Part shown: positions 1-12,142 of the stretch, in pieces
Layout: each line of letters opens with the position of its first letter
Position numbering within the stretch: the first letter of the stretch is position 1
DNA from: Escherichia coli
GTDB lineage: Bacteria; Pseudomonadota; Gammaproteobacteria; Enterobacterales; Enterobacteriaceae
Strand: one strand, 5' to 3'
Assembly: GCF_003334315.1 (NCBI RefSeq)
Contig: NZ_QOWR01000011.1
DNA length: 64,000 bases
Notes under the pieces: model-generated
What the model saw: the letters and a program-made list of their open reading frames with translations, nothing else
Databases searched by the model: none
What the model was told of the DNA's origin: nothing
Made by a program: the position numbers and the translations under genes

Positions 1-62
1 TTTTTCGTCTTGCGACGTTAAGAATCCGTATCTTCGAGTGCCCACACAGATTGTCTGATAAA

Positions 63-74
63 TTGTTAAAGAGC
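63..74 (-). promoter_or_regulatory. rrn leader boxA antitermination element (reverse complement reads GCTCTTTAACAA)
   Basis: Reverse complement of window 1-260 matches the canonical rrn P1-P2-leader sequence recalled from rrnB; boxA motif read directly. Confidence 0.75.
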
Positions 75-99
75 AGTGCCGCTTCGCTTTTTCTCAGCG

Positions 100-145
100 G
101 CGCGGGGTGTGCATAATACGCTTTCCCGCTACAGAGTCAAGCATT
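100..145 (-). promoter_or_regulatory. rrnC: rRNA operon P2 promoter (-35 TTGACT about 135-140, -10 TATTAT about 113-118), transcribing leftward out of the window
   Basis: Minus-strand sequence TTGACTCTGTAGCGGGAAAGCGTATTATGCACACC matches the rrn P2 promoter; operon identity inferred from adjacency to yieP. Confidence 0.8.
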
Positions 146-222
146 TATTTTTGCTTTCTCTGCCGGAGTTCTCAGGAGAACCCCGCTGACCCGGCGGCGT
201 GTTTGCCGTTGTTCCGTGTCAG

Positions 223-330
223 TGGTGGCGCATTATAGGGAGTTATTCCGGCCTGACAAGAGGAAATTTAAAATAATTTTCTGACCGCGCATTTTTTCAG
301 CAAAAGCCCCGTTAATGTGCCATAAAACAA
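223..330 (-). promoter_or_regulatory. rrnC: rRNA operon P1 promoter (-35 TTGTCA 254-259, -10 TATAAT 232-237, TSS near 223) with AT-rich UP element and upstream activating region
   Basis: Minus strand reads CCTCTTGTCAGGCCGGAATAACTCCCTATAATGCGCCACCACTGACACGG, the canonical rrn P1; AT-rich UP element directly upstream. Confidence 0.85.
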
Positions 331-411
331 GCAATTTGCCGTTTTTGCAACCGTAATCACACTTCCTGGTGGCATACTAAGGAGGAATAAAAAGAAAAAG
401 GAAGATTAGTA

Positions 412-1104
412 ATGCCTTTAAGCGCACAACAGTTAGCTGCACAGAAAAACCTTTCGTATGTTCTGGCTGAGAAGCTGGCGCAACGCATCTTAAAAGGTGA
501 ATATGAACCCGGCACCATTTTGCCTGGTGAGATTGAGCTGGGCGAGCAATTTGGAGTGAGTCGTACAGCGGTACGCGAAGCGGTCAAAACGTTAACGGCA
601 AAAGGGATGGTTTTACCGCGACCGCGAATTGGTACCCGGGTCATGCCACAATCAAACTGGAATTTTCTTGATCAGGAATTGCTTACCTGGTGGATGACAG
701 AAGAGAACTTTCATCAGGTCATCGATCACTTTCTGGTTATGCGTATCTGTCTGGAGCCGCAAGCTTGCCTACTGGCTGCAACGGTTGGCACCGCGGAACA
801 GAAGGCGCATCTCAATACGTTAATGGCCGAAATGGCGGCATTAAAAGAGAACTTTCGCCGTGAACGCTGGATCGAAGTCGATATGGCCTGGCATGAGCAT
901 ATCTATGAAATGAGCGCCAATCCGTTTTTGACCTCATTCGCCTCGCTATTCCATTCGGTTTATCACACTTACTTCACGTCAATTACCAGCGACACAGTGA
1001 TAAAGCTGGATCTGCACCAGGCGATTGTCGATGCGATTGTCCAAAGCGATGGCGACGCGGCATTTAAAGCTTGTCAGGCGCTGCTACGCTCACCTGATAA
1101 GTGA
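412..1104 (+). CDS. yieP: GntR/FadR-family transcriptional regulator YieP
   Basis: 230-aa ORF with N-terminal winged-HTH signature (GEQFGVSRTAVREAVKTL); length and position next to rrnC and hsrA match K-12. Confidence 0.9.
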   Translation: MPLSAQQLAAQKNLSYVLAEKLAQRILKGEYEPGTILPGEIELGEQFGVSRTAVREAVKTLTAKGMVLPRPRIGTRVMPQSNWNFLDQELLTWWMTEENFHQVIDHFLVMRICLEPQACLLAATVGTAEQKAHLNTLMAEMAALKENFRRERWIEVDMAWHEHIYEMSANPFLTSFASLFHSVYHTYFTSITSDTVIKLDLHQAIVDAIVQSDGDAAFKACQALLRSPDK

Positions 1105-1126
1105 CAACCCGATAACAGGACATTGA

Positions 1127-2554
1127 ATGAGCGATAAAAAGAAGCGCAGTATGGCGGGTTTGCCGTGGATCGCGGCGATGGCCTTCTTCATGCAGGCACT
1201 TGATGCCACTATTCTGAATACCGCCTTACCCGCAATCGCTCATAGCCTTAATCGTTCTCCTCTCGCGATGCAATCAGCCATCATCAGTTATACGCTGACG
1301 GTGGCGATGCTTATTCCGGTAAGCGGATGGCTAGCCGATCGCTTCGGTACGCGTCGCATTTTTACCCTTGCCGTGAGTCTGTTCACATTGGGTTCTCTGG
1401 CCTGCGCACTTTCTAATTCGCTACCACAGCTGGTTGTCTTCCGGGTTATTCAGGGGATAGGCGGCGCAATGATGATGCCTGTTGCTCGGCTGGCCTTACT
1501 GCGCGCTTATCCTCGTAATGAACTTCTTCCAGTATTGAATTTTGTCGCCATGCCGGGTCTGGTGGGGCCAATTTTAGGCCCCGTTCTTGGCGGCGTGCTG
1601 GTCACCTGGGCAACCTGGCACTGGATATTTTTAATCAATATCCCCATAGGTATTGCGGGCCTTCTTTACGCGCGCAAACATATGCCCAATTTCACCACCG
1701 CACGACGCAGATTCGATATCACTGGCTTTTTGCTGTTTGGCCTCAGCCTTGTTCTCTTCTCAAGCGGAATAGAGCTATTCGGGGAAAAGATTGTCGCCAG
1801 CTGGATTGCCTTGACGGTAATTGTCACCAGCATCGGGTTACTGCTTCTCTATATTCTCCATGCGCGACACACGCCAAACCCATTAATTTCATTAGATTTA
1901 TTTAAAACCCGCACTTTCTCAATCGGTATCGTAGGCAATATTGCAACCCGTCTGGGGACCGGTTGTGTACCGTTCCTTATGCCATTGATGTTACAGGTAG
2001 GATTTGGTTATCAGGCGTTTATTGCCGGCTGTATGATGGCACCGACAGCGTTAGGTTCCATTATTGCAAAATCGATGGTTACCCAAGTCTTACGTCGTCT
2101 GGGCTATCGCCATACGTTAGTGGGGATCACGGTGATTATTGGGCTAATGATCGCTCAGTTCTCTTTGCAATCACCGGCAATGGCGATATGGATGCTGATC
2201 TTGCCGTTGTTTATATTAGGGATGGCTATGTCGACGCAATTTACCGCGATGAATACCATCACACTTGCCGATCTGACCGATGACAACGCCAGCAGCGGTA
2301 ACAGTGTTCTGGCGGTCACGCAGCAACTGTCGATTAGTTTAGGCGTTGCTGTAAGTGCGGCCGTCCTTCGCGTTTATGAAGGGATGGAAGGCACAACGAC
2401 TGTCGAACAATTCCACTATACGTTTATCACGATGGGCATTATTACTGTTGCTTCAGCAGCAATGTTCATGCTTCTGAAAACAACCGATGGTAATAATTTG
2501 ATCAAAAGACAGCGTAAATCTAAGCCGAACCGCGTTCCATCAGAATCGGAGTAA
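1127..2554 (+). CDS. hsrA: MFS transporter HsrA (YieO), putative drug efflux
   Basis: 475-aa hydrophobic multi-TM ORF with MFS motifs; 3' end overlaps rbsR convergently. Confidence 0.88.
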
Positions 2555-3512
2555 GTTGTAATCGTTGTTGCTGAAGGGTCGGCTGGGTTATCCGATGGAT
2601 GAGTACATCAATCGCCAGCTCCCCCAGTTCATCTTTCGGTTGGTGGATAGTGGTTAATGGTGGCGTCATAAAGCTTGCCAGTTCGATATCGTCATAGCCA
2701 ATCACCGCGATATCCTGCGGAACCTGTAACTCTGCCTGATATAACGCCTGGTAAACGCCAACAGCCATAGCGTCATTTCCGGTAAAGACGGCCTGAGGAC
2801 GCAGCGGATGTGATAACAGTTGGCGCATGGCGTCAAACCCGCCGTTAAATTCAAAATCACCAGTGACTTCATAGCCATCAGGAATGTTGAGACCCGCACG
2901 TTTCATCGCCGCCCGATAACCTTCCAACCGCAGGCGCGCCGGAGTTTTATCCAGCGGACCGGTAATACAGGCGATACGGGTATGACCTTTATCGATCAGA
3001 TATTGCGTTGCTAAGTCTCCGCCCAGCAACGAGTTATCCTGAATAAGATCGCTGTCGCCATCGAACGGAGCCCAGTCCATCATCACAGTAGGCACTGTCG
3101 GATAACGTTGCATGATTTCACGCGAAGGTTGATGCGTTTCGGTGCACAGTAACAGCAAACCATCAACGCGTTTTTGCATCAGCGTTTCCAGATTGCGATT
3201 CATCCGCTGTTCATCGCCTTCGGTATTGCAAAGGACGAGACTATAACCGCGTTCGAAGCAGCTGCGTTCAACGCCACGCACCAGTTCTGAATAGAAAGGA
3301 TTGGTACTGGCAGTGATCAACATGCCAATGGTATGTGTTTGATTGAGTTTGAGGCTACGCGCCAGGGCTGATGGCGCGTAATTGAGTTCTTTAATCGCCG
3401 CTTCAACTTTGGCGGTAATCGCTTCACTGACGAAGCGATCTTTATTGATAACGTGAGAAACTGTTGAGGTAGAAACGCCCGCCAGGCGGGCAACATCTTT
3501 CATTGTAGCCAA
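2520..3512 (-). CDS. rbsR: Ribose operon repressor RbsR (LacI/GalR family)
   Basis: 330-aa ORF starting [24 protein letters not shown] (LacI-type HTH); last gene of rbs operon. Confidence 0.95.
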
Positions 3513-3515
3513 GCG

Positions 3516-4445
3516 TCACCTCTGCCTGTCTAAAAATGCGTCGATCTCTTCACGCCACGGTACGGAAGGTTGTGCGCCTTTACGTGTTACGGCAATCGCA
3601 GCGGCAGCATGGGCAAACCGAATCGCCTCTGGCAATGGTTTTTCTTCCAGCAACGCCGTGATTAACGCGCCGTTAAAGGTATCTCCGGCAGCAATGGTAT
3701 CGACAGCCTGCACCCGGAATCCAGGAACGCGCTGACCTTCACCATTCACGCTAGCCCATACACCACGACTTCCTAAAGTAATCAGTACAGTACGGATACC
3801 TTTTTCATGCAGTACCTGCGCCGCCTTCGCTGCATCTTCATCATTTTCAACACGAATACCGGTGAGCTTTTCTGCTTCCGTTTCGTTTGGCGTAATAATG
3901 TCCACCAGCGCCAGCAGTTCGTCAGGAAGTTCGCGAGCCGGAGCCGGGTTAAGCGCAACGATAGTCTTATTTTGATGGGCGATTTTCGCCGCTGCCATCA
4001 CACTTTCGAGTGGTGATTCCAGCTGCATTAATAATGCTGACGCGTTGGCAATACGCTCACGTTGCGCTTCCACCAGCGCCGGGGAAAGGGCAGCATTAGC
4101 GCCGGCATGAATACCGATGACATTCTCACCTTCGCCATTAACAAAAATCAGCGCCACACCTGTTGATTCGCCTTTGATCACGCTGACCGGAGTAATATCA
4201 ATGTTATCAGTGGCGAGCTGCTGGCGAACGCTCTCACCAATGCTGTCATCACCCGTACAGGCAATAAACGCGATATTCGCACCGCTACGCCCAGCAGCCA
4301 CAGCCTGATTCGCGCCTTTGCCGCCAAATGCAACCTGATAGTGGTTACCGGTTACGGTTTCGCCTGGAGTAGGAAAAGATTGAAGATTAAGAATGTGGTC
4401 AGCATTAATGCTGCCAAGAACAACGAGGCTGCCTGCGTTTTGCAT
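3516..4445 (-). CDS. rbsK: Ribokinase
   Basis: ORF matches RbsK; start trimmed to MQNAGSLVVLGSINADHIL giving 309 aa. Confidence 0.93.
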   Translation of the reverse strand: MQNAGSLVVLGSINADHILNLQSFPTPGETVTGNHYQVAFGGKGANQAVAAGRSGANIAFIACTGDDSIGESVRQQLATDNIDITPVSVIKGESTGVALIFVNGEGENVIGIHAGANAALSPALVEAQRERIANASALLMQLESPLESVMAAAKIAHQNKTIVALNPAPARELPDELLALVDIITPNETEAEKLTGIRVENDEDAAKAAQVLHEKGIRTVLITLGSRGVWASVNGEGQRVPGFRVQAVDTIAAGDTFNGALITALLEEKPLPEAIRFAHAAAAIAVTRKGAQPSVPWREEIDAFLDRQR

Positions 4446-4570
4446 ATTCGGGATGTCCATAAAATGCGCCACCGTGTTAGGGTGGCGCGTGCCCTGCTTT
4501 TCTTTATATTACACGTTCATCTGTCGATGACGTATTTATGTCACCATCAGGTCATACAACCTGATTAAAA

Positions 4571-5461
4571 CTACTGCTTAACAACCAGTTTCAGATCAAC
4601 CGGATACTTAGCCTGAACTTTCTCGCCTTTCAGCACTTTATCTGCGGTTTCGACGCCTTTCGCGCCAATCTGATCGGGTAGCTGAGCGATAGTCGCTGCT
4701 AGTTTGCCATCATTCACCGCTTTTTCGCCATCCGGTGTACCGTCAAATCCGACGACCATCACATCCGATTTACCGGCAGTTTGCAGTGCGCGCAGCGCGC
4801 CCAGCGCCATTTCATCATTCTGCGCGAATACAGCCTGAACATCCGGATGAGCGGTCAACAGGTTCTGCATTACGTTCAAACCTTTAGTGCGATCAAAATC
4901 TGCTGGCTGGCTGGCAAGAACATTAAACTTGTGAGCAGCAACGGCCTGCTGGAAGCCTTCGCCACGTTCACGGGCTGCGGATGTACCAGCAATGCCTTGC
5001 AGCTCGATAACTTTGGCACCTTCACCCGCTTTCTTCGCGATGTAATCACCAGCGATTTTGCCGCCCAGTACGTTATCAGAAGCAATGTGGCTCACCACTT
5101 CACCTTTCGTTGCCTGGCGGTCAAGAGTGATAACCGGGATGTTCGCCTGGTTAGCCATCTTCACAGCATTACCCACTGCGTCGGAGTCGGTCGGGTTAAT
5201 CAGCAGAATTTTTGTGCCGCGAACGGTTAAGTCCTGCACGTTCGCCAGCTCTTTCGCCGGGTTGTTCTGGGAGTCCAGCACCACCAGGTTATAGCCAAGT
5301 TTATCCGCCTCTTTCTGCGCGCCATCTTTCAGCGATACAAAGAACGGGTTGTTAAGCGTGGAGACCACCAGCGCGATGGTGTCTTTTGCCATCGCATTCG
5401 CACTGACGGTGGCGCTTAGCGCAACAGCGGAAACCAGGGTAGCCAGTTTTTTCATGTTCAT
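4571..5461 (-). CDS. rbsB: Ribose ABC transporter periplasmic binding protein
   Basis: Signal peptide [25 protein letters not shown] then periplasmic binding fold; 296 aa. Confidence 0.95.
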   Translation of the reverse strand: MNMKKLATLVSAVALSATVSANAMAKDTIALVVSTLNNPFFVSLKDGAQKEADKLGYNLVVLDSQNNPAKELANVQDLTVRGTKILLINPTDSDAVGNAVKMANQANIPVITLDRQATKGEVVSHIASDNVLGGKIAGDYIAKKAGEGAKVIELQGIAGTSAARERGEGFQQAVAAHKFNVLASQPADFDRTKGLNVMQNLLTAHPDVQAVFAQNDEMALGALRALQTAGKSDVMVVGFDGTPDGEKAVNDGKLAATIAQLPDQIGAKGVETADKVLKGEKVQAKYPVDLKLVVKQ

Positions 5462-5485
5462 ATTCAAGATGTCCTGTAGTCGTTA

Positions 5486-6451
5486 TTACTGCTTTTTGTT
5501 GTCTACCAGCACCGCCAGCAAAATCACCACCGCTTTGACGATCATCTGGTAATAGGAGGAAACACCTAACAAATTCAATCCATTATTAAGGAAGCCAAGA
5601 ATTAATGCGCCGATCAACGTCCCAACAATGCGACCTTTTCCGCCCGCCAGACTCGTACCGCCCAGAACCACCGCAGCAATAGCATCCAGCTCATAGCCAG
5701 TCCCCGCCGTGGGTTGTGCGGAGGAGAGACGCGCCACTTCAATGATCCCGGCCAGCGATGCCAGCAGACCACAAAGAGAATAGACGATGATTTTGATTTT
5801 ATTGACGTTGATACCAGAAAGACGCGTTGCCGCTTCGTTGCCGCCCAGCGCGTAGATGTAACGCCCCAGACGCGTGTGATGCAGCATGTACCAGGCCGCG
5901 AGGAAGACAATCCCCATGATCCAGACTGGCGTCGGTACGCCCAGCGGACGACCAATACCAAACCAGCCAAACAGATCGGCGTTCTCAGTAAAGCCGGTAT
6001 TCACTGGGCTACCGTTGGTATAAACCATGGTCACGCCGCGCAGTAAAAGCATCATAACCAGCGTAGCGATAAACGCCTGGACGCGACCTTTCGCTACAAT
6101 CACCCCGGTTACCGCACCGATTGCGGCACCTAACGCGAGAGCAGCAGCGACAGCCACCAGCGCATTGACTTCAATGCCGACGATAGATGCAGCAACTGCG
6201 CCGGTCAGCGCCAACAGAGAACCTACCGATAAGTCGATGCCCGACGTCAGGATCACCAGCGTCATCCCGACCGCCATAATGGCGTTCACTGAGGTTTGCT
6301 GGAGAATATTGAATAAGTTATTGATGGTGAAAAAGTTCGGGCTTAACGTCGAGACAATCGCGATCAGCACCAGCAGAGCGATAAGCGATTTCTGCTCCAT
6401 CAGCCACGCTTTCGTGAAATAACGGCGACCAGAGACAGTCTGGGTTGTCAT
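5486..6451 (-). CDS. rbsC: Ribose ABC transporter permease
   Basis: 321-aa hydrophobic permease ORF in rbs operon order. Confidence 0.95.
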   Translation of the reverse strand: MTTQTVSGRRYFTKAWLMEQKSLIALLVLIAIVSTLSPNFFTINNLFNILQQTSVNAIMAVGMTLVILTSGIDLSVGSLLALTGAVAASIVGIEVNALVAVAAALALGAAIGAVTGVIVAKGRVQAFIATLVMMLLLRGVTMVYTNGSPVNTGFTENADLFGWFGIGRPLGVPTPVWIMGIVFLAAWYMLHHTRLGRYIYALGGNEAATRLSGINVNKIKIIVYSLCGLLASLAGIIEVARLSSAQPTAGTGYELDAIAAVVLGGTSLAGGKGRIVGTLIGALILGFLNNGLNLLGVSSYYQMIVKAVVILLAVLVDNKKQ

Positions 6452-6455
6452 TTTT

Positions 6456-7961
6456 TTACTCCTGATTCACGCGATTAAGCTTGCCCACAGCGGCAGCCAT
6501 TAACACTTCCTGGGTGGCCTGCTCACGAGTAAATTCCCCGCTGAGATGCCCTTCATGCATGACGATGATGCGATCGCTCATGCCTAATACTTCTGGCATC
6601 TCCGATGACACCAGAATGATGCTCAAGCCATCGGCTTTGAACTGGTTAATCAGTTGATAGATCTCTTTTTTCGCGCCGACATCTACGCCACGGGTAGGTT
6701 CATCAAGGATCAACACTTTGGGGCGTGTCATCAGACCGCGGGCAATCGCCACTTTTTGCTGATTGCCACCGGAAAGCAGACCAATTGCCTGTTCCATCGA
6801 CGGAGTTTTCACATTAAACAGACGAATGAAATCACTCACAGCCTGCTGTTCATCGGCATGCTTCAAACTGCCGCCAGCGCGGCTGAAGTAGCGCAGCGCT
6901 GTCAGCGACATGTTCTCTTTTACTGACATGCCCAACACTAAACCGTCACGTTTACGGTCTTCGGAGATATACACAATGCCGTTTGCCAGGCCATCCTGCG
7001 GTGAACGGGTAACGACTTCATGCCCATCCAGGGTGACGTAACCGCTGGTGCGCGGTAGTGCGCCGTAGAGCACTTTCATCAGTTCGGTACGACCTGCGCC
7101 CATCAAACCAGAGACGCCAAGAATTTCGCCTTTGCGTAAAGTAAAAGAGACATCGTTAACGCCAGGTCCGCAGAGATTATCGACTTTCAGGCGGATATCT
7201 CCCGGCGCTTTGTCCAGGTGCGGATATTGATCTTCCAGCTTGCGACCCACCATCATCTCAATCAGCGAATCTTCGGTCAGTGATGCCACTTCGCGCTCAG
7301 CAATAAATTGCCCATCACGAAAAACGGTAACGTCATCGCAAATCTCGAAGATTTCTTTCATGCGGTGGGAGATATAGACAATACCGCGGCCTTGCGATTT
7401 CAGCTCGCGGATGACGCGGAACAGGGATTCGGTTTCGGTATCGGTCAGCGCATCGGTCGGTTCATCCATAATGATGACTTTCGACTCAAAGCTCAGCACT
7501 TTGGCGATTTCAACCATTTGCTGGTCACCGATGGAAAGATCGCCCACCAGCTTGTCGCTTTTAAAGCGCAGGTTAAGTTTAGCCAGCAATTTATCCGCTT
7601 CGGCATACATGGTTTTCCAGTCAATTTTGCCAAAGCGATTAACAAACTCACGACCGAGGAAAATGTTTTCGGCAATGGTCAACTGCGGGATCAGGTTCAG
7701 TTCCTGATGGATAATCCCAATCCCGGCTTCCTGGGAAGATTTCGGCCCGGTAAATGTCGTTTCTTTCCCCAGCCATAAAAGCGTGCCGGCATCGCGAGCA
7801 TAGATACCAGTAAGCACTTTCATCATGGTGGATTTACCCGCGCCGTTTTCGCCCACCAGCGCCATCACGCGGCCCGGATAGACATTTAACGCTGCGCCCG
7901 AGAGGGCTTTTACGCCCGGGAAGGCTTTATCGATGCCTTTAAGCTGAAGTAATGCTTCCAT
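6456..7961 (-). CDS. rbsA: Ribose ABC transporter ATP-binding protein (tandem ABC domains)
   Basis: 501-aa ORF with two Walker A motifs ([18 protein letters not shown]). Confidence 0.95.
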   Translation of the reverse strand: MEALLQLKGIDKAFPGVKALSGAALNVYPGRVMALVGENGAGKSTMMKVLTGIYARDAGTLLWLGKETTFTGPKSSQEAGIGIIHQELNLIPQLTIAENIFLGREFVNRFGKIDWKTMYAEADKLLAKLNLRFKSDKLVGDLSIGDQQMVEIAKVLSFESKVIIMDEPTDALTDTETESLFRVIRELKSQGRGIVYISHRMKEIFEICDDVTVFRDGQFIAEREVASLTEDSLIEMMVGRKLEDQYPHLDKAPGDIRLKVDNLCGPGVNDVSFTLRKGEILGVSGLMGAGRTELMKVLYGALPRTSGYVTLDGHEVVTRSPQDGLANGIVYISEDRKRDGLVLGMSVKENMSLTALRYFSRAGGSLKHADEQQAVSDFIRLFNVKTPSMEQAIGLLSGGNQQKVAIARGLMTRPKVLILDEPTRGVDVGAKKEIYQLINQFKADGLSIILVSSEMPEVLGMSDRIIVMHEGHLSGEFTREQATQEVLMAAAVGKLNRVNQE

Positions 7962-7968
7962 GACGGCC

Positions 7969-8388
7969 TCAGAACGTCACGCCAGCACAGAGAATGATAT
8001 TCGCATACGGAGAACATTCTCCGCTGCGAATTACCGCCTGACTTTCTGCGGTTTGTTGTTTGAATTGTTCATGCGTGGTGTAACGAATTTCAATGGTATT
8101 TCCCTGGTGTTTTTGCAGCTGCTCAAGGTGAGTGAGCAACGTTTCGTGGAGTTGCGGATTATGTTGTTTGATCTCTTCCGCGATAATGGCAGCCTCGACC
8201 TGCATTTCATTTGTGACGACGCCCAGCACCTGCATAAAAGAAGGTACACCCTGGGTTAATGCCATATCGATACGCGTTGTACTTTTGGGGATGGGTAAAC
8301 CAGCATCACACACCACCAGCGTATCGGTATGTCCCAGACGGGAGATCACCGATGAAATATCAGAATTAAGAACGGTGCCTTTTTTCAT
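7969..8388 (-). CDS. rbsD: D-ribose pyranase
   Basis: ORF with native start [22 protein letters not shown], 139 aa; first gene of rbsDACBKR. Confidence 0.93.
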   Translation of the reverse strand: MKKGTVLNSDISSVISRLGHTDTLVVCDAGLPIPKSTTRIDMALTQGVPSFMQVLGVVTNEMQVEAAIIAEEIKQHNPQLHETLLTHLEQLQKHQGNTIEIRYTTHEQFKQQTAESQAVIRSGECSPYANIILCAGVTF

Positions 8389-8401
8389 TTTTTTCTCCAT
8401 C

Positions 8402-8419
8402 AGCGAAACGTTTCGCTGA
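8402..8419. promoter_or_regulatory. Perfect palindrome AGCGAAACGTTTCGCT, RbsR operator at rbs promoter
   Basis: Palindrome read directly from sequence immediately upstream of rbsD; LacI/GalR-type operator architecture. Confidence 0.7.
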
Positions 8420-8554
8420 CCCGCAGTTTAATCCTGACTGAGTTGGGAAAACCATCGTGACGTTACGGAAATGTGATCAACCTCGAAACGTTTTACATGG
8501 TGATTAACCATGAAAACAAAAACGCCCCCTTATGGAGAAAGGAGGCGTCTGGCG

Positions 8555-10423
8555 TTAGATTTCGACCTGAGTACCCAGTTCGATAACCCTGTTTGGCGGA
8601 ATTTCAAATTGATCTGGTGCACGCAGCGCATTACGTTGCAGCAGCAAGTACAGCTTGCCGCGCAGACGCAAATACCACGGGCGTTTGCCGAGGATCAACG
8701 ACTCATGCGACATAAAGAAGGAGGTTTCCATCATCCGGCAACTTAATCCTTCCAGACCGCAGCGGTGGAAAACTTCTTCCACGTTTGGCGTTTCTCGCCA
8801 ACCATAACTTGCCACCACGCGCCAGAAAGTGGGCGACAGTTGTTCAATCTGTACCCGACGGACATTATGGACATATGGCGCGTCTTCGGTACGCAGAGTT
8901 AACAGAATCACCCGCTCATGCAATACCTTGTTATGTTTAAGGTTATGCATCAGCGCAAAGGGAATGACGTTGATTGCACGCGACATATACACCGCGGTCC
9001 CGGGCACGCGAACAGGCGGTGATTTCTCCAGCGAAGCAATCATCGCTTCCAGAGAGTTACCATGTTCATGCATCCGCCGCAGCAAGCGGAAACGCTCGCT
9101 CTTCCAGGTGGTCATCACGATAAACATCACAGTACCGAGGCTCAATGGCAACCAGCCGCCGGAGAGCAGTTTATCGAGGTTAGCGGTGAACAATGGAATA
9201 TCGACACAAAGGAAAGCAATCAGGATCAGCGCAACAAAATACTTATTCCAGTGCCAGTTCTGACGTGCCACGGTAGTCGAGAGAATAGACGTCAGCACCA
9301 TGGTTCCGGTCACCGCAATCCCGTACGCCGCCGCCAGGTTGCTGGAGTGCTCAAAGCTGACAATCACAATCACGACCGCGACATAGAGCATCCAGTTCAC
9401 AAACGGAATATAGATTTGCCCTGACTCCATTTCGGAGGTGTGAATAATGCGCATCGGCGACAAATATCCCAGACGTACCGCCTGACGCGTCAATGAAAAG
9501 ACGCCAGAGATAACCGCCTGCGAGGCGATTACCGTCGCCAGTGCGGCGATGATCAGCAGCGGGATCAGCGCCCAGTCCGGTGCCAAAAGGAAGAACGGGT
9601 TCTTAATCGCTTCCGGGTTCTTTAACAACAGCGCTCCCTGGCCGAAGTAATTAAGAGTTAAGGAAGGTAATACGACAGTGAACCACGCCAGACGAATAGG
9701 GAACTTACCAAAGTGTCCCATATCAGCATACAGCGCCTCGACCCCCGTAATCGACAGCACCACTGCCCCTAATGCAATAAAAGAAACCGTTTTGTATTCA
9801 AGGAAGAAATGCACCGCCCACATCGGATTCAGCGCATGCAGCACTTCCGGGTTAGCAATAATGCTACGTAACCCCAGTCCTGCCAGAATCAAAAACCAGG
9901 TCAGCATGATCGGCGCAAACAGCTTACCGACCATAGCCGTGCCATGCTTTTGAATCATAAATAATAAAGTGAGAACGATAATTGAGAGGGGAACTATCCA
10001 GGTATCCAGCTGCGGGGCGACGATTTCCAGACCTTCAATGGCTGACATCACCGAAATAGCGGGTGTTATGACGACTTCACCATAGAAAAAGCTGCCGCCG
10101 ATTAGCCCCATAATCACCAGCATTGATGTGGTTCGCGCCGACGTATTACGCCCGGCAAGCGACATCAACGTCAGGATCCCCCCCTCACCGGCGTTATCTG
10201 CCCGCATCACGAAGGTGAGATATTTAATGGAAACCACAAAGATTAGCAGCCAGAAGATCAGCGATAAAAAGCCAAACACGGCATCGCGTTCAACGCCAAA
10301 ACCAAACTGGCCGGACAAACATTCACGAAGTGTATATAACGGGCTGGTACCAATATCGCCGTAGACAACTCCAATCGCCGCGAGGGTAATCGCGGGCAAT
10401 GATTGCTTATTATCAGTGCTCAT
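8555..10423 (-). CDS. kup: Low-affinity K+ uptake transporter Kup (TrkD)
   Basis: 622-aa membrane ORF starting [32 protein letters not shown] (KUP/HAK family signature). Confidence 0.95.
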
Positions 10424-10645
10424 AGACTAGTCTTTCGTTGAAATATGAAATGTGTGCTTAGTCCCTTGGCCCACAAAAAAGCGCACAGTATGCACGATTA
10501 ACGGCAAAATCGTACTCCTAAATGCGGCCACATTAACCTGGCTCAAAGAAAAATACCCCCCCTTTGAGACTATTTTAGCCACCAGCAAGAAACGTCTATA
10601 CTCGCAATTTACGCAGAACTTTTGACGAAAGGACGCCACTTCATT

Positions 10646-12142
10646 ATGGCTCACCCTCATTTATTAGCGGAAAGAATTTCCCGCCTGAGCAGTTCGTTGG
10701 AAAAGGGGCTTTATGAACGTAGCCACGCCATCCGCTTGTGTTTATTAGCGGCATTAAGTGGTGAAAGTGTGTTCCTCCTTGGCCCGCCAGGTATTGCCAA
10801 AAGTTTGATCGCCCGGCGCTTAAAATTCGCCTTTCAGAATGCCCGCGCGTTTGAATATCTGATGACCCGCTTCTCCACGCCGGAAGAAGTTTTTGGTCCC
10901 CTTTCTATTCAGGCGCTAAAAGATGAAGGGCGCTATGAACGTTTAACCAGCGGTTACCTGCCGGAAGCAGAAATTGTCTTTCTGGATGAGATCTGGAAAG
11001 CGGGCCCGGCAATTCTTAATACCTTGCTCACCGCCATTAACGAGCGCCAGTTCCGCAACGGTGCACACGTAGAAAAAATCCCGATGCGCCTGCTGGTGGC
11101 GGCCTCCAACGAGCTGCCGGAAGCAGACAGCAGTCTGGAAGCGTTATATGACCGCATGCTGATTCGTCTGTGGTTAGATAAAGTGCAGGATAAAGCGAAT
11201 TTCCGCTCCATGCTGACCAGTCAACAGGATGAAAACGACAATCCGGTTCCTGATGCCTTGCAGGTCACAGATGAAGAATATGAACGCTGGCAGAAAGAGA
11301 TTGGTGAAATTACGCTGCCCGATCATGTATTTGAGCTGATTTTTATGCTGCGCCAGCAACTGGATAAATTACCGGATGCGCCTTATGTCTCGGATCGTCG
11401 CTGGAAAAAAGCGATCCGATTATTACAGGCCAGCGCCTTTTTTAGCGGTCGCAGTGCTGTTGCCCCGGTAGATCTCATTTTGCTGAAAGATTGCCTGTGG
11501 TATGACGCGCAAAGCCTGAATTTGATACAACAACAAATTGATGTATTGATGACCGGTCACGCCTGGCAACAGCAAGGGATGTTGACTCGCCTTGGCGCGA
11601 TTGTGCAACGTCACCTGCAACTCCAGCAGCAACAAAGCGATAAAACAGCCTTAACGGTAATTCGTCTGGGCGGCATTTTCAGCCGTCGTCAGCAGTATCA
11701 ACTTCCTGTTAACGTTACTGCTTCCACTCTGACTCTACTGCTGCAAAAACCGTTAAAACTGCATGATATGGAAGTGGTTCATATCTCCTTTGAGCGTAGC
11801 GCGCTGGAACAGTGGCTGAGCAAAGGTGGTGAAATTCGCGGTAAACTGAACGGTATCGGCTTTGCCCAGAAACTGAATCTGGAAGTTGATAGCGCCCAAC
11901 ATCTTGTCGTTCGCGATGTAAGTTTACAAGGCAGTACGCTGGCACTTCCCGGTTCATCGGCTGAAGGTCTGCCTGGTGAAATAAAACAACAACTGGAAGA
12001 GCTTGAAAGCGACTGGCGCAAGCAACACGCTTTATTCAGCGAACAGCAAAAATGTCTGTTTATCCCTGGCGACTGGTTAGGTCGCATTGAAGCCAGCCTA
12101 CAGGATGTCGGTGCACAGATTCGCCAGGCACAACAATGCTAA
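10646..12142 (+). CDS. ravA: MoxR-family AAA+ ATPase RavA
   Basis: ORF with native start [14 protein letters not shown], Walker A GPPGIAKS; 498 aa. Confidence 0.95.
   Translation: MAHPHLLAERISRLSSSLEKGLYERSHAIRLCLLAALSGESVFLLGPPGIAKSLIARRLKFAFQNARAFEYLMTRFSTPEEVFGPLSIQALKDEGRYERLTSGYLPEAEIVFLDEIWKAGPAILNTLLTAINERQFRNGAHVEKIPMRLLVAASNELPEADSSLEALYDRMLIRLWLDKVQDKANFRSMLTSQQDENDNPVPDALQVTDEEYERWQKEIGEITLPDHVFELIFMLRQQLDKLPDAPYVSDRRWKKAIRLLQASAFFSGRSAVAPVDLILLKDCLWYDAQSLNLIQQQIDVLMTGHAWQQQGMLTRLGAIVQRHLQLQQQQSDKTALTVIRLGGIFSRRQQYQLPVNVTASTLTLLLQKPLKLHDMEVVHISFERSALEQWLSKGGEIRGKLNGIGFAQKLNLEVDSAQHLVVRDVSLQGSTLALPGSSAEGLPGEIKQQLEELESDWRKQHALFSEQQKCLFIPGDWLGRIEASLQDVGAQIRQAQQC

Noticed and set aside
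8420-8554. Possible small ORF or sRNA in the kup-rbsD spacer
   Set aside because: Region is explained by the rbs promoter, RbsR operator palindrome and a weak kup terminator hairpin; no ORF with credible start and RBS.
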